Origin: Limisphaerales bacterium
GTDB lineage: Bacteria > Verrucomicrobiota > Verrucomicrobiia > Limisphaerales > JAJOIW01
Length of the DNA stretch: 64,000 bases
Assembly: GCA_965657355.1 (NCBI GenBank)
Contig: CBFHOE010000003.1
Coordinates: 64,001-128,000 of the forward strand
Direction of reading: 5' to 3'
The first letter of the stretch is position 1. Every line of letters begins with the position of its first letter. Positions 30,520 through 41,207 of this stretch are shown here, piece by piece. A model generated the notes under the pieces. That model saw only the letters and a program-made list of their open reading frames with translations. It did not search any database and was not told the origin of the DNA. A program made the translations under genes and the position numbers.

Positions 30520-32100
30520 TTAAGGTTTTCTATACCGCGACTTTCGACCAGATTTAAGCCAGCTTGGTTCACGTTGCCTTGAATCGATGAACACTTTGTT
30601 TCTCTCAAGTATCGTGGCTTCGCTGAATGAGAGTAAAGTTAAGGCTCTGCGGTAATTTACCATGGCAGATATTTCATCGGCTTGTGCCTGTGTGAGGTCT
30701 CTTTGAAGCCTGAGCACGATAAAGTCTGTGGATTTACCTTTTTCAAGTTTTACCTGTTCAACCTCAAGCGCTTTTTGTGCAAACTTTCTCGCTTCAGATC
30801 TTGCTAAGACCTGTTCCTTAGCAGATTTTGCTGAGTCGACCGCGTCAGCGATTTCCGCCTGAATGCGTTGTTCTAGATCTTTCAGTCTGAGTAATAGAAT
30901 TTGATGCTGGGCTTTTGCTAGTTTGTATCTACTTCTTGGCCCTTTATTATTAAGCGGTACGGAATATTGAATTCCCACAAGCGTAGAAGGGTCATTTCTG
31001 CGGGCAAAATCATCCCAAACTCCCGTGTATTTCCTGTCCAAGCCATTTAAACTATAGCTTGCTATTAAGTCTAGCTGCGGATAGAGCTGATTCTTTGAAA
31101 ACTTTATTTCGATGTCCTGAGTATCGATATTGATTCTGGATTGAACAATTTCCGGCCTTTCAATCAAGCCGCGGGACCAGCTTGCGTAGACATCGAAAGT
31201 GTATTCTTTTGTTCCGAGCTTTTCTTTGGGCACGACCTCTGTTGCATATATGTCAGCGAAGTCATCTGAAATTAGTCTTTTAAGAGCATTTTGGCTTCTT
31301 TTTAGTGCCTGTTTGGCTTGAATCAAACTTGCTTTGCTAGAAGCAACCTGAGCTTCTGCTTCTGTTTCGTCGAGTGGAGCCATCACGCCTACTTTAATTT
31401 TCACTCTATTTTCGGAAAGGGTTGTCTCTCCTAGCTCAAGTGCTTTTTGTTGGACTTTGACGTTTTCATAGCTGGCTATGAGGTCGTAGTATGCGATTTC
31501 TACATCTCTCACTATTTGCATCAAGTTCAGCTCGAATTGAGAATAGGATAATTCCACGTTTTTTCTGCTTACCCTGATAAAACGTCTGGTGGTATCTATC
31601 CACATGTTTTTGAGAAGAGGTTGAGATAAAAAGAATTGCAAATTACCTGTGTTTCTATTGCTCAACGGGATGAAGGCTCCCTCTCTCTGGGCTGTATTAA
31701 ATCCAACTGTGTATGATGTCCCGGTAGGCAAGAGCCCTTGGATGTTATTATCATTAGTGATGGTTTTTGTGATGTTGGATGGAAACGATTCATTGGTGGC
31801 AGGGTTAATACCACCTGGACTGGAATCATCTCTCAAGTTAACGCTGCCTCTGAGTTGAGGAATATAGCCTGCTAACGCATCTTGCAACCGGTATTCGTCG
31901 AGTTGAGGATTAAATTCTTGAATTCGGAGTTGGAGGTTTTCCTCTAATGCCAAAGTAATGGCGTCCTCTAGTGATATTTCAAGAATCTTGCTCTCTTGTT
32001 TTTCAACTTCATTTTTTGCCGAATTTTCAGCGGCTTCTTGTGCCCGGATAATATTTCCGGCAAACAACGCCATTAGTATAATTAATCTAAATACCCGCAT
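30520..32100 (-). CDS. TolC-family outer membrane efflux protein
   Basis: Signal peptide, ISLEDAITLALEEN, LSQPLLKN, VEIAYYDL, NQLYPQLDL, GKST.F.VL..Q.DL..A. Confidence 0.9.
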   Translation of the reverse strand: MRVFRLIILMALFAGNIIRAQEAAENSAKNEVEKQESKILEISLEDAITLALEENLQLRIQEFNPQLDEYRLQDALAGYIPQLRGSVNLRDDSSPGGINPATNESFPSNITKTITNDNNIQGLLPTGTSYTVGFNTAQREGAFIPLSNRNTGNLQFFLSQPLLKNMWIDTTRRFIRVSRKNVELSYSQFELNLMQIVRDVEIAYYDLIASYENVKVQQKALELGETTLSENRVKIKVGVMAPLDETEAEAQVASSKASLIQAKQALKRSQNALKRLISDDFADIYATEVVPKEKLGTKEYTFDVYASWSRGLIERPEIVQSRINIDTQDIEIKFSKNQLYPQLDLIASYSLNGLDRKYTGVWDDFARRNDPSTLVGIQYSVPLNNKGPRSRYKLAKAQHQILLLRLKDLEQRIQAEIADAVDSAKSAKEQVLARSEARKFAQKALEVEQVKLEKGKSTDFIVLRLQRDLTQAQADEISAMVNYRRALTLLSFSEATILERNKVFIDSRQREPSWLKSGRKSRYRKP

Positions 32101-32469
32101 CTTCTTATGACCCAGGCTGACATGAAATTGTTTCTGTTAAAAGATAATCTTCCTCTTACAGGATCGAAATTATCTTAAAAATTAATTTGGTATCTATAAC
32201 GGACTCTCAAAACTCCGAGTTTAGGAACCTAAGAGCCATTCGATGGTGTCATTATTTACCATTCAAATTAGATTTATTTTCCATTTCTATGCCTGTGAAC
32301 AGTTTGTGAATTGTGTCTCAAATGAGCCGCTGGTAAATCAGACAATGTGGGTTTACGTTAAGCTCAAGATTGCTAAACTAGAAGTCGATATCGAATTGGT
32401 GCAATGAGGCGTTTACGGAAATGTGCGCCCTCTCGTGCCATTTTATCTCAATTTTAAGACTAACAAACC

Positions 32470-35400
32470 ATGGTTCTTGGCAAGATTAACATTATAAAAG
32501 TCCTTGCTTTGCTGTCCCTATTTTTCATTGGGCAGGCGTGGTGTTTTCTGATTGCAGCTGATATTGAGTTTAAAATAGGCGATAGGCGATTGAATTACAA
32601 TATCGCACGAGATGAAATTGCTTACCGGTCTGGTGGTGATGACCATTTTGGATTGAGGGTCGAAAAAATAACAACCGGGTTCAGAAGGCTGAATCAATCC
32701 TATGCCGAATTATCCCAACAGGGGGCTATGCCGGTCCTTTATTCAGATAACGGAGAGCGAACGAGTTCTAATCGAAGATTTGGAACGCCCATCATCATTA
32801 TAGAGATGACGAATGGTGAGCCTGATGTAAATTGGTTTCGGCCAGCTCCTCTTGAAATTTCACAACTTTCCATCCCTGGATTAGCATTAGACAGTTTTTG
32901 GAGAGCTCAATTCGAATCTCCTTGGGCCGCTCTGCAGGCTTTCAGTAATTTTGAAGCGCATTCCAAGGTCAAAATTATCTATCCGGAGCTGGGTAAAAAG
33001 TCTCTCAAACGTCTTATTCCCAATGACCCCCGATTCGGAGAGCAGTATCAGCTATATAACATCCAGCCTACCTTCATAGATCTTAACGTGGCCAGTGTTT
33101 GGGACACATACCGAGGAGCCAATAGTGTCATTGGTATCGTGGATGATGGTATTAATTACGCTCACAGCGATTTGAATATACGAAGTGACATTGATGTTAA
33201 TTATGACAGTGGTGATCCAAGCGATGGAAGCATTTCGGGGTTCTCCCATGGAACTGGTGTCGCGGGTATCGCTGCTGCAAGAGGCAACAATGGAGTCGGG
33301 GTAGCAGGTGTCGCCTTTGAGGGGCAGATTGTCAGTCTAAAACTGACTGCCGGAATCCAGACAGATTCCAGTGAAGCGTCCGCCTTTGCCCATCAAAGCA
33401 ACCTAATAACAGTAAAGAATTATAGCTGGGGACCAACAGACGATGGCTTCACACTTGAAGGGCCAGGCCCATTGGGAAAAGCCGCACTCGCACAGGCCGC
33501 CCAGACTGGTCGAGATGGTCTTGGTTCTATTCATGTGTGGGCAGCAGGTAACGGAGGGGCTTTAGATGATCTTAACAAAGATGGGTATGCCAATTCCATA
33601 TACACCATTGCTGTGGGGGCGCTGAATATGGATGGTTCTCAAGCATCGTTCAGTGAGTCGAGTACTAGTTTGATTTGTACTGCCCCGGTTGCCAATGGAA
33701 TACTCACGACCAATGGTTCAAACAGCTATATTGTTACCGGCGGGACTTCTGCCGCAGCACCTTCAGCTGCTGGTGTTGTTGCTTTAATGTTGCAGGCAAA
33801 CCCTCAGCTGGGATGGCGTGATGTTCAAGATATCTTAATCAGAACTGCAGCCAAGGTTCAAACGGGTGCCCCGGGATGGGTTACCAATGCAGCTGGCCTG
33901 TCATTCAATAGATCATACGGTGCCGGTAAAATTGACGCTCAAGCAGCTGTGGATATGGCGCTTGATCCAGGTCGAGACAATCTTGGGGCTCATACAAAGT
34001 TTACAGAGTCTAAGCAGGGTTTAGAGCAGTCTATCCCCGATAATTCAACAAATGGAAAATCTTTCTCATTTAATATAAACACCTCAAATTTCAAGACGGA
34101 ACATATCTCACTTAAGACAAATATAATTCATGGTAATAGAGGTGATTTAGAAATCGAAATCATATCTCCAAGTGGCACTAATTCGAAGTTAATAAAAAAT
34201 CACCAGGATACAAATGATAACTATTTTGAATGGGAATTCATGAGTGTGTTTTATTGGGGAGAAGATCCTAATGGAGTATGGACTGTTTTTATTCGAGATC
34301 TTTCTCCAGAGCACGTTGGATTGGTGCAAGATCTTGAGTTATCCATCTTTGGCTCAGGTGGGTCAAATCCCGATCCGGTTATTTCAAACATTAGTATACC
34401 TAATCAAGTGACTTCTTTTAATGGTCCACAACAGGCACTTGATATACTTCCATACACTGGACTCGGTTCTTTGGCCGATTTAAAGTCTCTGACGATAGAG
34501 CAAAACTCTAATCCATCGCTTTTACAAAAGGCTGAAATCCAGGGTAGTTTATTTATATACCAACCCAATGTGGGTGCTAACGGGATTGCATATATCGAGA
34601 TCGAGGCAAAAGATCAGTCTGATAATATATACATAGGGAGTTTCCAAGTTATCGTTCCTGCTCCAGATGTCATCCAAGTGACGTTGCCGGATAAGATTAT
34701 AAATCAAGATTCAGGTCAGCATTCAGTGAGCCTTTTACCTTTCAGTGATATAACAAATATTTCACAACTATCATCTATAATATTAACCAGTAATTCCAAT
34801 GCAGAGCTCCTTTCAGGGGTTGTAATCGATAATCAAGGTTATCTCAATTTTGACAGCCTAAATGGCGAGTATGGCGAAACCACATTGGGGTTCACTGCGG
34901 AAGCAAATAACGGGCAACCCTATGCAGGAGCAATAAAAATTATAGTCAATCAAGTCGCTTTAGTCGCTTTTGTTCCCAATCAAATAATTGATGAAAATAG
35001 CGGCAGTCATTTTGTTGATATATATTCCTTGCTTCAACTATCGAGTCCCAGTGAACTTACTTCGTTAACTTTAACAGGTAATACGTATCCCGGCTTATTG
35101 AAGCGTGCGGAGATGAGTAATGGCCAATTTGTTTTTGAACCTTTTAATGACAAGATTGGTGCGACAGCCATTTCTTTTGAAGCCACAACCTCACAGCTTT
35201 CATTCACTGGAAGTTTTAGTGTCACCGTCACCCCTATAACAAGGGTGCTGGAATTACCAGATCAGGAGGTATACGTAAACGCCAATCAGCAATCTTTAAG
35301 CGTTTTTTCTTATACAGGCTTAAGCAGTGTCAATGAGTTGAATTCTCAGTTGGTCATTTCTCAGTCAAATCCCGACTTGCTTTCAGCGATTTTGATGCAA

Positions 35401-38400
35401 GCTGGTCAGCTCATCTGGCAGCCCGTCTCTGGTCAAAAAGGAGAGAACCTTGTCACAATCAAGATCCAAGATATTTACGGAAGGAGTTACGAAGGCAGTG
35501 TTAAACTTATTGTAACGCAGCAGCGTATTGAAGCCTTGGTTCCCAATCAGCAAGTCACAGAAAATTCTGGGGCACAATCGTTAAATTTACTTTCATTTTT
35601 ACCATTAAACAATGGGGCTGAATTAGCTAGTTTTAATGTCTTATCGCAAACCAATTCGTCCTTGTTATCCTCTTTTTCTGAACAAGCTGGCTTATTTATA
35701 TATACTCCAGCTCAAGACGCATTTGGTTCCAATGCCCTAGAATTTGAGGCCGAGTCCACAGATGAAATTATTTATTTTGGGCAGTTTGAAGTGGCGGTTT
35801 CGCCTTTGGAAAAAGTTGTATCGATCCCGGCACAAAATGTTTTTGCTGGATCGTCACTGACGAGTGTTAATTTGCTTCCGTATTTTGGGTTAACGTCATT
35901 CAACCAAATTGCCTCCTTTACTTTTTCAGGTTCTACAAATTCTGGACTTTTATCGACTTCGATTTATGAAAATGGTTTTTACCGATTTCAACCAACCTTT
36001 GGAAGCGTAGGTTCTACAGAAGTGCCATTCACTGCAACTGGTTCAGATGGTAGACCCTACTCTGGAAAAATTTCTGTTACTGTGAGTCCTAGCAATCTTG
36101 AAATTTTATTACCTGATATCTCAGCAAGTGAAAATAGTGGTCAACAAGCAATCGATCTCTCCTCATTGATTGCTCAGAGTGATACATCGCCCATAAACTC
36201 TTTTGCAATAGATCAAAATACAAATCCTAGTTTATTTTCATTTCTAGATTTCAATAGTAACTCTGGCAGTTTGGAAATGAATATAGCTCCTAATAAATTT
36301 GGCCAAGCACAAATAGCGGTCTCAGGAACGTTGGCTAGTGGGCGAACTTTTTCCGGATCTTTTTCGGTAGTAATCCAGCCGAACACCAAGTTGGTTCTCC
36401 CGCCCAATATTACCCTTAGTGAGAATTCCACTGATCACAGTATCCCGATTGTAGATTATCTCGGGTTGAGTGGCACAACAGAATTGGTTGAAGTGAGCTT
36501 AACCAATATTACAAATGAGTCTCTTCTCACAGATGTCGTGATGGATGGTGGCTTTTTGAAATTTAATTTAAGGCCAGATTCTTTCGGTTCGACAGCCGTG
36601 TTTTTCACGGCTCTAGACTCAGATGGTCGACCCTATAACGGAAGTTTTGCAATAACTATTACACCTGATTTAAAGGAAGTCATAATTTCCGACAAGGTCG
36701 TTCAAGAAAACTCTGGGGTAAGTCAAATTGATCTTCTGCCGGTCCTTGGGGTGGAGCAACCACAAGAAGTTGCAGAAGTTGCAATCGTCTATCAATCCAA
36801 CCCGGGTTTAATTTCAACAATTAATTATATCAATGAAACCGGTCTACTCGAGTTTGGGACCGTATCTAACGTGTTTGGAGAAAGTGCTGTCTCGATAGCT
36901 GGTGAGTTAAAAACAGGTCGTCCTTTTTCGGGAAGCTTAAATATGATCGTCACTCCGATAACACGGGAGATTGATTTTCCACCATTTTACGCACCCGAAA
37001 ATGGTGGGCAGCGATCTGTTGATCTGGTGGAGGCATTTGGGTTTAATTCTGTTGCGGACATTATTTTACCCGAAGTATTAGATCAATCGAATCCGGTCCT
37101 ATTCAGTTCGTTGGAAATTGATAATGGCTATTTGATATTTAATCCAACCCCCGATTTTTTTGGAGAAAATCTAATCACTATTTCTGTTATTGATGGTATA
37201 GGCCGCCCTCATATTGGAGAATTAAATGTAATCATCCAACCCTCTGAAAAAGCCATTGAAATTCCAGACCAAGTGGTCAACGAGAACTCCGGGAGCCACA
37301 ACCTTTCAGTATACGAATTTATAACTTTTGATGCGGGAACAGAGTTAGTTGTAGTCGAACTTTTCAACGTATCAAATCCCGGGTTATTCACGAGTATTGA
37401 TGTTTTAAATGGGGTTGTTCAATACACATTGAAAAATGACAGATTTGGATCAACTACAATAGTTGTTACTGCTGAAGGTTCAAATGGTCGTCAATATGAG
37501 GGGAGTTTTAAAATCACCATTACGCCTAATTTAAAGGAAGTCGTAATTCCCGATAAGGTCGTTCAAGAAAACTCTGGGGTCTGTCAAATTGATCTTCTGC
37601 CGATCCTTGGGGGGGAGCAACCACAAGAAGTTGCAATCGTCTATCAATCCAACCCGGGATTAATTTCAACAATTAATTATATCAATGAAACCGGTCTACT
37701 CGAGTTTGGGACCGTATCTAACGTGTTTGGAGAAAGTGCTGTCTCGATAGCTGGTGAGTTAAAAACAGGTCGTCCTTTTTCGGGAAGCTTAAATATAACT
37801 GTTGTTCCAAATACCCGTGATGTAATTCTATCAACAATATCTCTTTCCGAAAATGCTGGTCAGCAATTATTAAATCTTAACACAGCATTTGAATTAAACC
37901 CTTTGGATAATTTTATTTCATCGGAAATTATATCTCAGACTAATGCTCCACTTTTTTCTTCCATTAATATTGAAATTGGAAATTTAATTTTCGTTCCAAG
38001 ACCTAACGTCTTTGGTGAAAACAAAATAATAATTTCTGCTATCAATGCATCAGGCCGACCTTATTTAGGCGAGCTCATTGTTTCGATTTTACCTAATCAG
38101 AGAAACGTTTCTATTCCGAATCAGGTTGTTAGTGAAAATACAGGTCAGCATATTTTGGCTTTAGAAAATTTCATTGCACTGGATACTGGCGCTCAGATAG
38201 CTGCAGCGGAATTTGAGGTGTTATCAAATCCTGATTTGTTTTCAGGTATAGAAATAGTAGGCGGGTCACTTCTTTACACCCCAAGATTAAATACATTTGG
38301 ATCTTCTGATGTGAATATTTTTATTCAAGCGATAAATGGGCGCACTTATCAGGGGAGTTTTGAAATAAGTATAACGCCTAATTATAAAAGTTTTGTATTT

Positions 38401-40239
38401 CCTAACATTTTTTTGGAGGAAAATAGTGATCCTGAAGAAGTTGATTTGGCACTAGCCCTTGGGCTTAGCAATGCCAATGAAATAAGCGAGGTACTCGTAA
38501 AATCAAACAGTAATCCTTCTCTTATACCATCTGTTGATTATAGTCCTGCAAAGGGTCGGATAGAGTTTTCTCTAAGTGCCAATACATTTGGCGACGGGAT
38601 TCTATTACTGGATGGAATTTTGCGTTCAGGTCGCCCGTTTTCAGGTCGTATAAACGTGACGGTGATTCCTGCAATTAGGGAGTTGGATTTTCCTCCTATG
38701 ATAATTCCTGAAAATTCGATTGTGCAGTCTATCGACTTAAAAGAGGCATTTGGAATTAAATCTCCGAATGGGATGATCTCACCTCAGATAAGTGCCCAAA
38801 CCAACCCTGACTTATTCCACTCATTGGAGATAAGCGATGGGGCACTTTTATTTATTCCTACCATAGACCTGTTTGGTGTGAATGATTTGACTATTACCGC
38901 ACTAGACACTGATGGGCGCCCATACGTTGGCAAATTAAGTGTTATCGTTGAGCCATTAATACGAATTGTAAATATTCCGCCACAAAATATTGTAGGAAAT
39001 TTTGAAGCGAATACTTTTGATTTAGTCGGATTTTTTCCTTTCGATGAAGGCGACTACCTTGGTGCAATACAAATCGATCAAATAACGGATCAAAGTTTTT
39101 TTCAATCTATCTCCTTAATTGAAAGTAGTATCCAATACCAATTATTACCCAACACTGTAGGGACAACCATTGTAAACTTTTCGGCAACATCGAATGTCGG
39201 TAGACCTTTTCGAGGAGAATTTGTTTTAAACGTATCCAATAGTGTTGAAGAGATCATTCTCGACGATCATGTCGTAATGGAAAATACTTCGGAAACAATT
39301 ATCAACGTTGTTCCATTCCTTAATCAAGGAACCTCACCTGAGATAATTAATTTTGAAATCACTGCACAATCAAATCCTAATCTAATAACTGGTTACGATT
39401 TAAACGAGGGTGCCATGGTCCTATATCCAGCTCTAAATAAGTTCGGTGAAAATATTATTTCTTTTCAATTAAGAGTTGCCGGAGGTCAAAGATTTGATGG
39501 AACTGTGAAGTTGATAATAGACCCTATCATCGAAAGCATATTGTTTGACGAAATCCTTTTGGAGTCTAGTCCAACCCAATTTGAGATAGACCTCAATGAC
39601 CACTCAAAAGTGCGAAATCTCACCCGTTTTACAATTGAAGGACCTGTCTCTAATGAATTAGTGAGTCAAATTGCTATCGATGGGGCAATTTTAAAGATTA
39701 AACCAAATTTGGCCCGCAGCGGTGAATTACTCATAGGCTTGAAAGCATTCAATGCAGACGGCCGTCCTTTCCATATTCAACTGCCTATAATTTTGGATTC
39801 TTTTAAGTTTTGGATGAACCAAAATTTTGACTCTAGTGAATTGGTAGACCCAGCACTGGAGCAAACCCTTTGGGGAAGGGAGGCCGACCCTGATGGTGAT
39901 GGCTGGGATAATTACTCTGAATATGCTTTGGGAGGAAATCCAAAAATTAGAGAACTAAAACTTGATTGGATCTCTGTGTCATTGCAAAAAATCGATAACA
40001 ATCGGTTTCAATTATTAAAATTGCGAATCCGTAATAATGACGAAAACTTACTCGTTATTCCTCAAATTTCATATGACAGAAACACATGGTCAAATGTGCC
40101 TTTGTTAGGAGATGACGTTATGGAATTGGTCAGTATCGAAAACGAAACCCAATTCACGGTATACACTCTTCGGAGCCTCAAGCCACTTTCTGCTAATACT
40201 CCGGAATATCTTAGGGTTCTGTTTGACAGAATAGATTAG
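32470..40239 (+). CDS. Giant secreted S8B (kexin/furin-like) serine protease: propeptide, catalytic domain, P-domain, ~19 tandem ~95-aa beta repeats, C-terminal DPDGDG domain
   Basis: GIVDDG, SHGTGVAG, AAGNGG, GTSAAAP, WRDVQ; P-domain H..RGDL..GE.PNG.W; repeats P.Q...ENSG..SNP.L..FG...GRP..G. Confidence 0.9.
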   Translation: MVLGKINIIKVLALLSLFFIGQAWCFLIAADIEFKIGDRRLNYNIARDEIAYRSGGDDHFGLRVEKITTGFRRLNQSYAELSQQGAMPVLYSDNGERTSSNRRFGTPIIIIEMTNGEPDVNWFRPAPLEISQLSIPGLALDSFWRAQFESPWAALQAFSNFEAHSKVKIIYPELGKKSLKRLIPNDPRFGEQYQLYNIQPTFIDLNVASVWDTYRGANSVIGIVDDGINYAHSDLNIRSDIDVNYDSGDPSDGSISGFSHGTGVAGIAAARGNNGVGVAGVAFEGQIVSLKLTAGIQTDSSEASAFAHQSNLITVKNYSWGPTDDGFTLEGPGPLGKAALAQAAQTGRDGLGSIHVWAAGNGGALDDLNKDGYANSIYTIAVGALNMDGSQASFSESSTSLICTAPVANGILTTNGSNSYIVTGGTSAAAPSAAGVVALMLQANPQLGWRDVQDILIRTAAKVQTGAPGWVTNAAGLSFNRSYGAGKIDAQAAVDMALDPGRDNLGAHTKFTESKQGLEQSIPDNSTNGKSFSFNINTSNFKTEHISLKTNIIHGNRGDLEIEIISPSGTNSKLIKNHQDTNDNYFEWEFMSVFYWGEDPNGVWTVFIRDLSPEHVGLVQDLELSIFGSGGSNPDPVISNISIPNQVTSFNGPQQALDILPYTGLGSLADLKSLTIEQNSNPSLLQKAEIQGSLFIYQPNVGANGIAYIEIEAKDQSDNIYIGSFQVIVPAPDVIQVTLPDKIINQDSGQHSVSLLPFSDITNISQLSSIILTSNSNAELLSGVVIDNQGYLNFDSLNGEYGETTLGFTAEANNGQPYAGAIKIIVNQVALVAFVPNQIIDENSGSHFVDIYSLLQLSSPSELTSLTLTGNTYPGLLKRAEMSNGQFVFEPFNDKIGATAISFEATTSQLSFTGSFSVTVTPITRVLELPDQEVYVNANQQSLSVFSYTGLSSVNELNSQLVISQSNPDLLSAILMQAGQLIWQPVSGQKGENLVTIKIQDIYGRSYEGSVKLIVTQQRIEALVPNQQVTENSGAQSLNLLSFLPLNNGAELASFNVLSQTNSSLLSSFSEQAGLFIYTPAQDAFGSNALEFEAESTDEIIYFGQFEVAVSPLEKVVSIPAQNVFAGSSLTSVNLLPYFGLTSFNQIASFTFSGSTNSGLLSTSIYENGFYRFQPTFGSVGSTEVPFTATGSDGRPYSGKISVTVSPSNLEILLPDISASENSGQQAIDLSSLIAQSDTSPINSFAIDQNTNPSLFSFLDFNSNSGSLEMNIAPNKFGQAQIAVSGTLASGRTFSGSFSVVIQPNTKLVLPPNITLSENSTDHSIPIVDYLGLSGTTELVEVSLTNITNESLLTDVVMDGGFLKFNLRPDSFGSTAVFFTALDSDGRPYNGSFAITITPDLKEVIISDKVVQENSGVSQIDLLPVLGVEQPQEVAEVAIVYQSNPGLISTINYINETGLLEFGTVSNVFGESAVSIAGELKTGRPFSGSLNMIVTPITREIDFPPFYAPENGGQRSVDLVEAFGFNSVADIILPEVLDQSNPVLFSSLEIDNGYLIFNPTPDFFGENLITISVIDGIGRPHIGELNVIIQPSEKAIEIPDQVVNENSGSHNLSVYEFITFDAGTELVVVELFNVSNPGLFTSIDVLNGVVQYTLKNDRFGSTTIVVTAEGSNGRQYEGSFKITITPNLKEVVIPDKVVQENSGVCQIDLLPILGGEQPQEVAIVYQSNPGLISTINYINETGLLEFGTVSNVFGESAVSIAGELKTGRPFSGSLNITVVPNTRDVILSTISLSENAGQQLLNLNTAFELNPLDNFISSEIISQTNAPLFSSINIEIGNLIFVPRPNVFGENKIIISAINASGRPYLGELIVSILPNQRNVSIPNQVVSENTGQHILALENFIALDTGAQIAAAEFEVLSNPDLFSGIEIVGGSLLYTPRLNTFGSSDVNIFIQAINGRTYQGSFEISITPNYKSFVFPNIFLEENSDPEEVDLALALGLSNANEISEVLVKSNSNPSLIPSVDYSPAKGRIEFSLSANTFGDGILLLDGILRSGRPFSGRINVTVIPAIRELDFPPMIIPENSIVQSIDLKEAFGIKSPNGMISPQISAQTNPDLFHSLEISDGALLFIPTIDLFGVNDLTITALDTDGRPYVGKLSVIVEPLIRIVNIPPQNIVGNFEANTFDLVGFFPFDEGDYLGAIQIDQITDQSFFQSISLIESSIQYQLLPNTVGTTIVNFSATSNVGRPFRGEFVLNVSNSVEEIILDDHVVMENTSETIINVVPFLNQGTSPEIINFEITAQSNPNLITGYDLNEGAMVLYPALNKFGENIISFQLRVAGGQRFDGTVKLIIDPIIESILFDEILLESSPTQFEIDLNDHSKVRNLTRFTIEGPVSNELVSQIAIDGAILKIKPNLARSGELLIGLKAFNADGRPFHIQLPIILDSFKFWMNQNFDSSELVDPALEQTLWGREADPDGDGWDNYSEYALGGNPKIRELKLDWISVSLQKIDNNRFQLLKLRIRNNDENLLVIPQISYDRNTWSNVPLLGDDVMELVSIENETQFTVYTLRSLKPLSANTPEYLRVLFDRID
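34381..39795 (+). repeat. Array of about 19 tandem ~95-aa cadherin/Ig-like repeats within the protease
   Basis: Counted by eye from the recurring P[DN]..V.ENS..SNP.L..FG..G[RQ]P[YF].G motif. Confidence 0.75.
36668..37796 (+). repeat. Near-identical direct repeat: 36668-36944 and 37529-37796
   Basis: About 270-bp copies 861 bp apart. By my count 8 substitutions plus a 9-bp indel (AGAAGTTGC twice vs once); the last ~137 bp are identical. Confidence 0.9.
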
Positions 40240-40362
40240 TATTTTATCCACTGCCCCCAATCTGGTTCATGATGATATTATCCAACATTATCAAAGAAGA
40301 CTTCGTAGGTTTGACAGACTAGAGTCTTTGAAGTTTGCAGCCAAGTGTGGTCTAATGGCATC

Positions 40363-41169
40363 ATGAGTTTTCAGCTTTGTCTAAATACCAGCACTATAAA
40401 ACCCCAACCTATTCTTAAGAAAATTGAATTAGCCTCAAAGGCAGGCTTTTCTGGGGTGGAATTGTGGATCAATGATATTTACGAATTCATTGGCCAGGGT
40501 GGGGAGGTTAGTGATATAGAGAAAGCGCTTAAAGATAATCAACTTTTTGTTCCTTGCGCTATTGCTTGCCGCCAATGGGCCGATGCCGTTGGTCCTGAAT
40601 ATCAATTGGCGTTGGATGAGGCAAAGCGCCGAATGGAATTAGCCGCTCGAATTGGTTCGCCCTGGTTGGTGGCGACACCTCCAAGAGAGATATGTGACCA
40701 CGGTGTTATTGCCGAGAGGTATCAGCAGCTATTGAGTATCGGCCGTTCGGTAGGAGTTAAGCCAACTTTTGAATATATCGGATTCTTCAAATCGGTTAAG
40801 AGCTTGTCAGAAGCTTGGAAAATTGTGCAAGAAGCTAATGATCCGGATGCGACTCTCATTCTTGATGCTTTTCATAATTGGAATAGTGGTTCAACGAATG
40901 AGGATCTTCTAAAAATACCAGCGGATCGAATAAGTCATTATCACATTGATGATGCTCATCCTGATAAACAAGTGGGCACGCAGACTGATCCAGATAGGGT
41001 TATGATTGGCGAAGGCCAAATCGATCTGGTTTCAGAGATAAAAACTCTCAAAAAGATCGGGTATGAGGGAACTGTTAGTCTCGAGCTTTTCAATGCTGAC
41101 TTGTGGAAAAAAGATCCACTCGAAGTTTTAAAGCACGGCATTGATAAAATGAGAGAACTTCTCGATTAA
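40363..41169 (+). CDS. Sugar phosphate isomerase/epimerase (xylose-isomerase-like TIM barrel)
   Basis: LNTSTI, AGFSGVELW, PTFEYIG, ILDAFH, HYHIDD, DRVMIGEG, SLELFN. Confidence 0.88.
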   Translation: MSFQLCLNTSTIKPQPILKKIELASKAGFSGVELWINDIYEFIGQGGEVSDIEKALKDNQLFVPCAIACRQWADAVGPEYQLALDEAKRRMELAARIGSPWLVATPPREICDHGVIAERYQQLLSIGRSVGVKPTFEYIGFFKSVKSLSEAWKIVQEANDPDATLILDAFHNWNSGSTNEDLLKIPADRISHYHIDDAHPDKQVGTQTDPDRVMIGEGQIDLVSEIKTLKKIGYEGTVSLELFNADLWKKDPLEVLKHGIDKMRELLD

Positions 41170-41207
41170 CTCTTTTCTAAAAATCTTTAAGTATAAAGGT
41201 TAGAGTT

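Noticed and set aside
32421..32440. Sigma54 promoter (TGGCACG on the minus strand) upstream of the TolC gene
   Set aside because: The GC dinucleotide is not at the required 10-nt spacing from GG.
36668..37796. Repeat pair as a diversity-generating retroelement TR/VR
   Set aside because: Mismatches are not adenine-specific (T/C, C/T, T/G also occur), both copies are in frame in one gene, and there is no reverse transcriptase in the window.
30520..40239. TolC plus giant repeat protein as a type I secretion locus
   Set aside because: The genes are divergent, no ABC/MFP partners are adjacent, and the protease has a Sec-type signal peptide and no RTX repeats.
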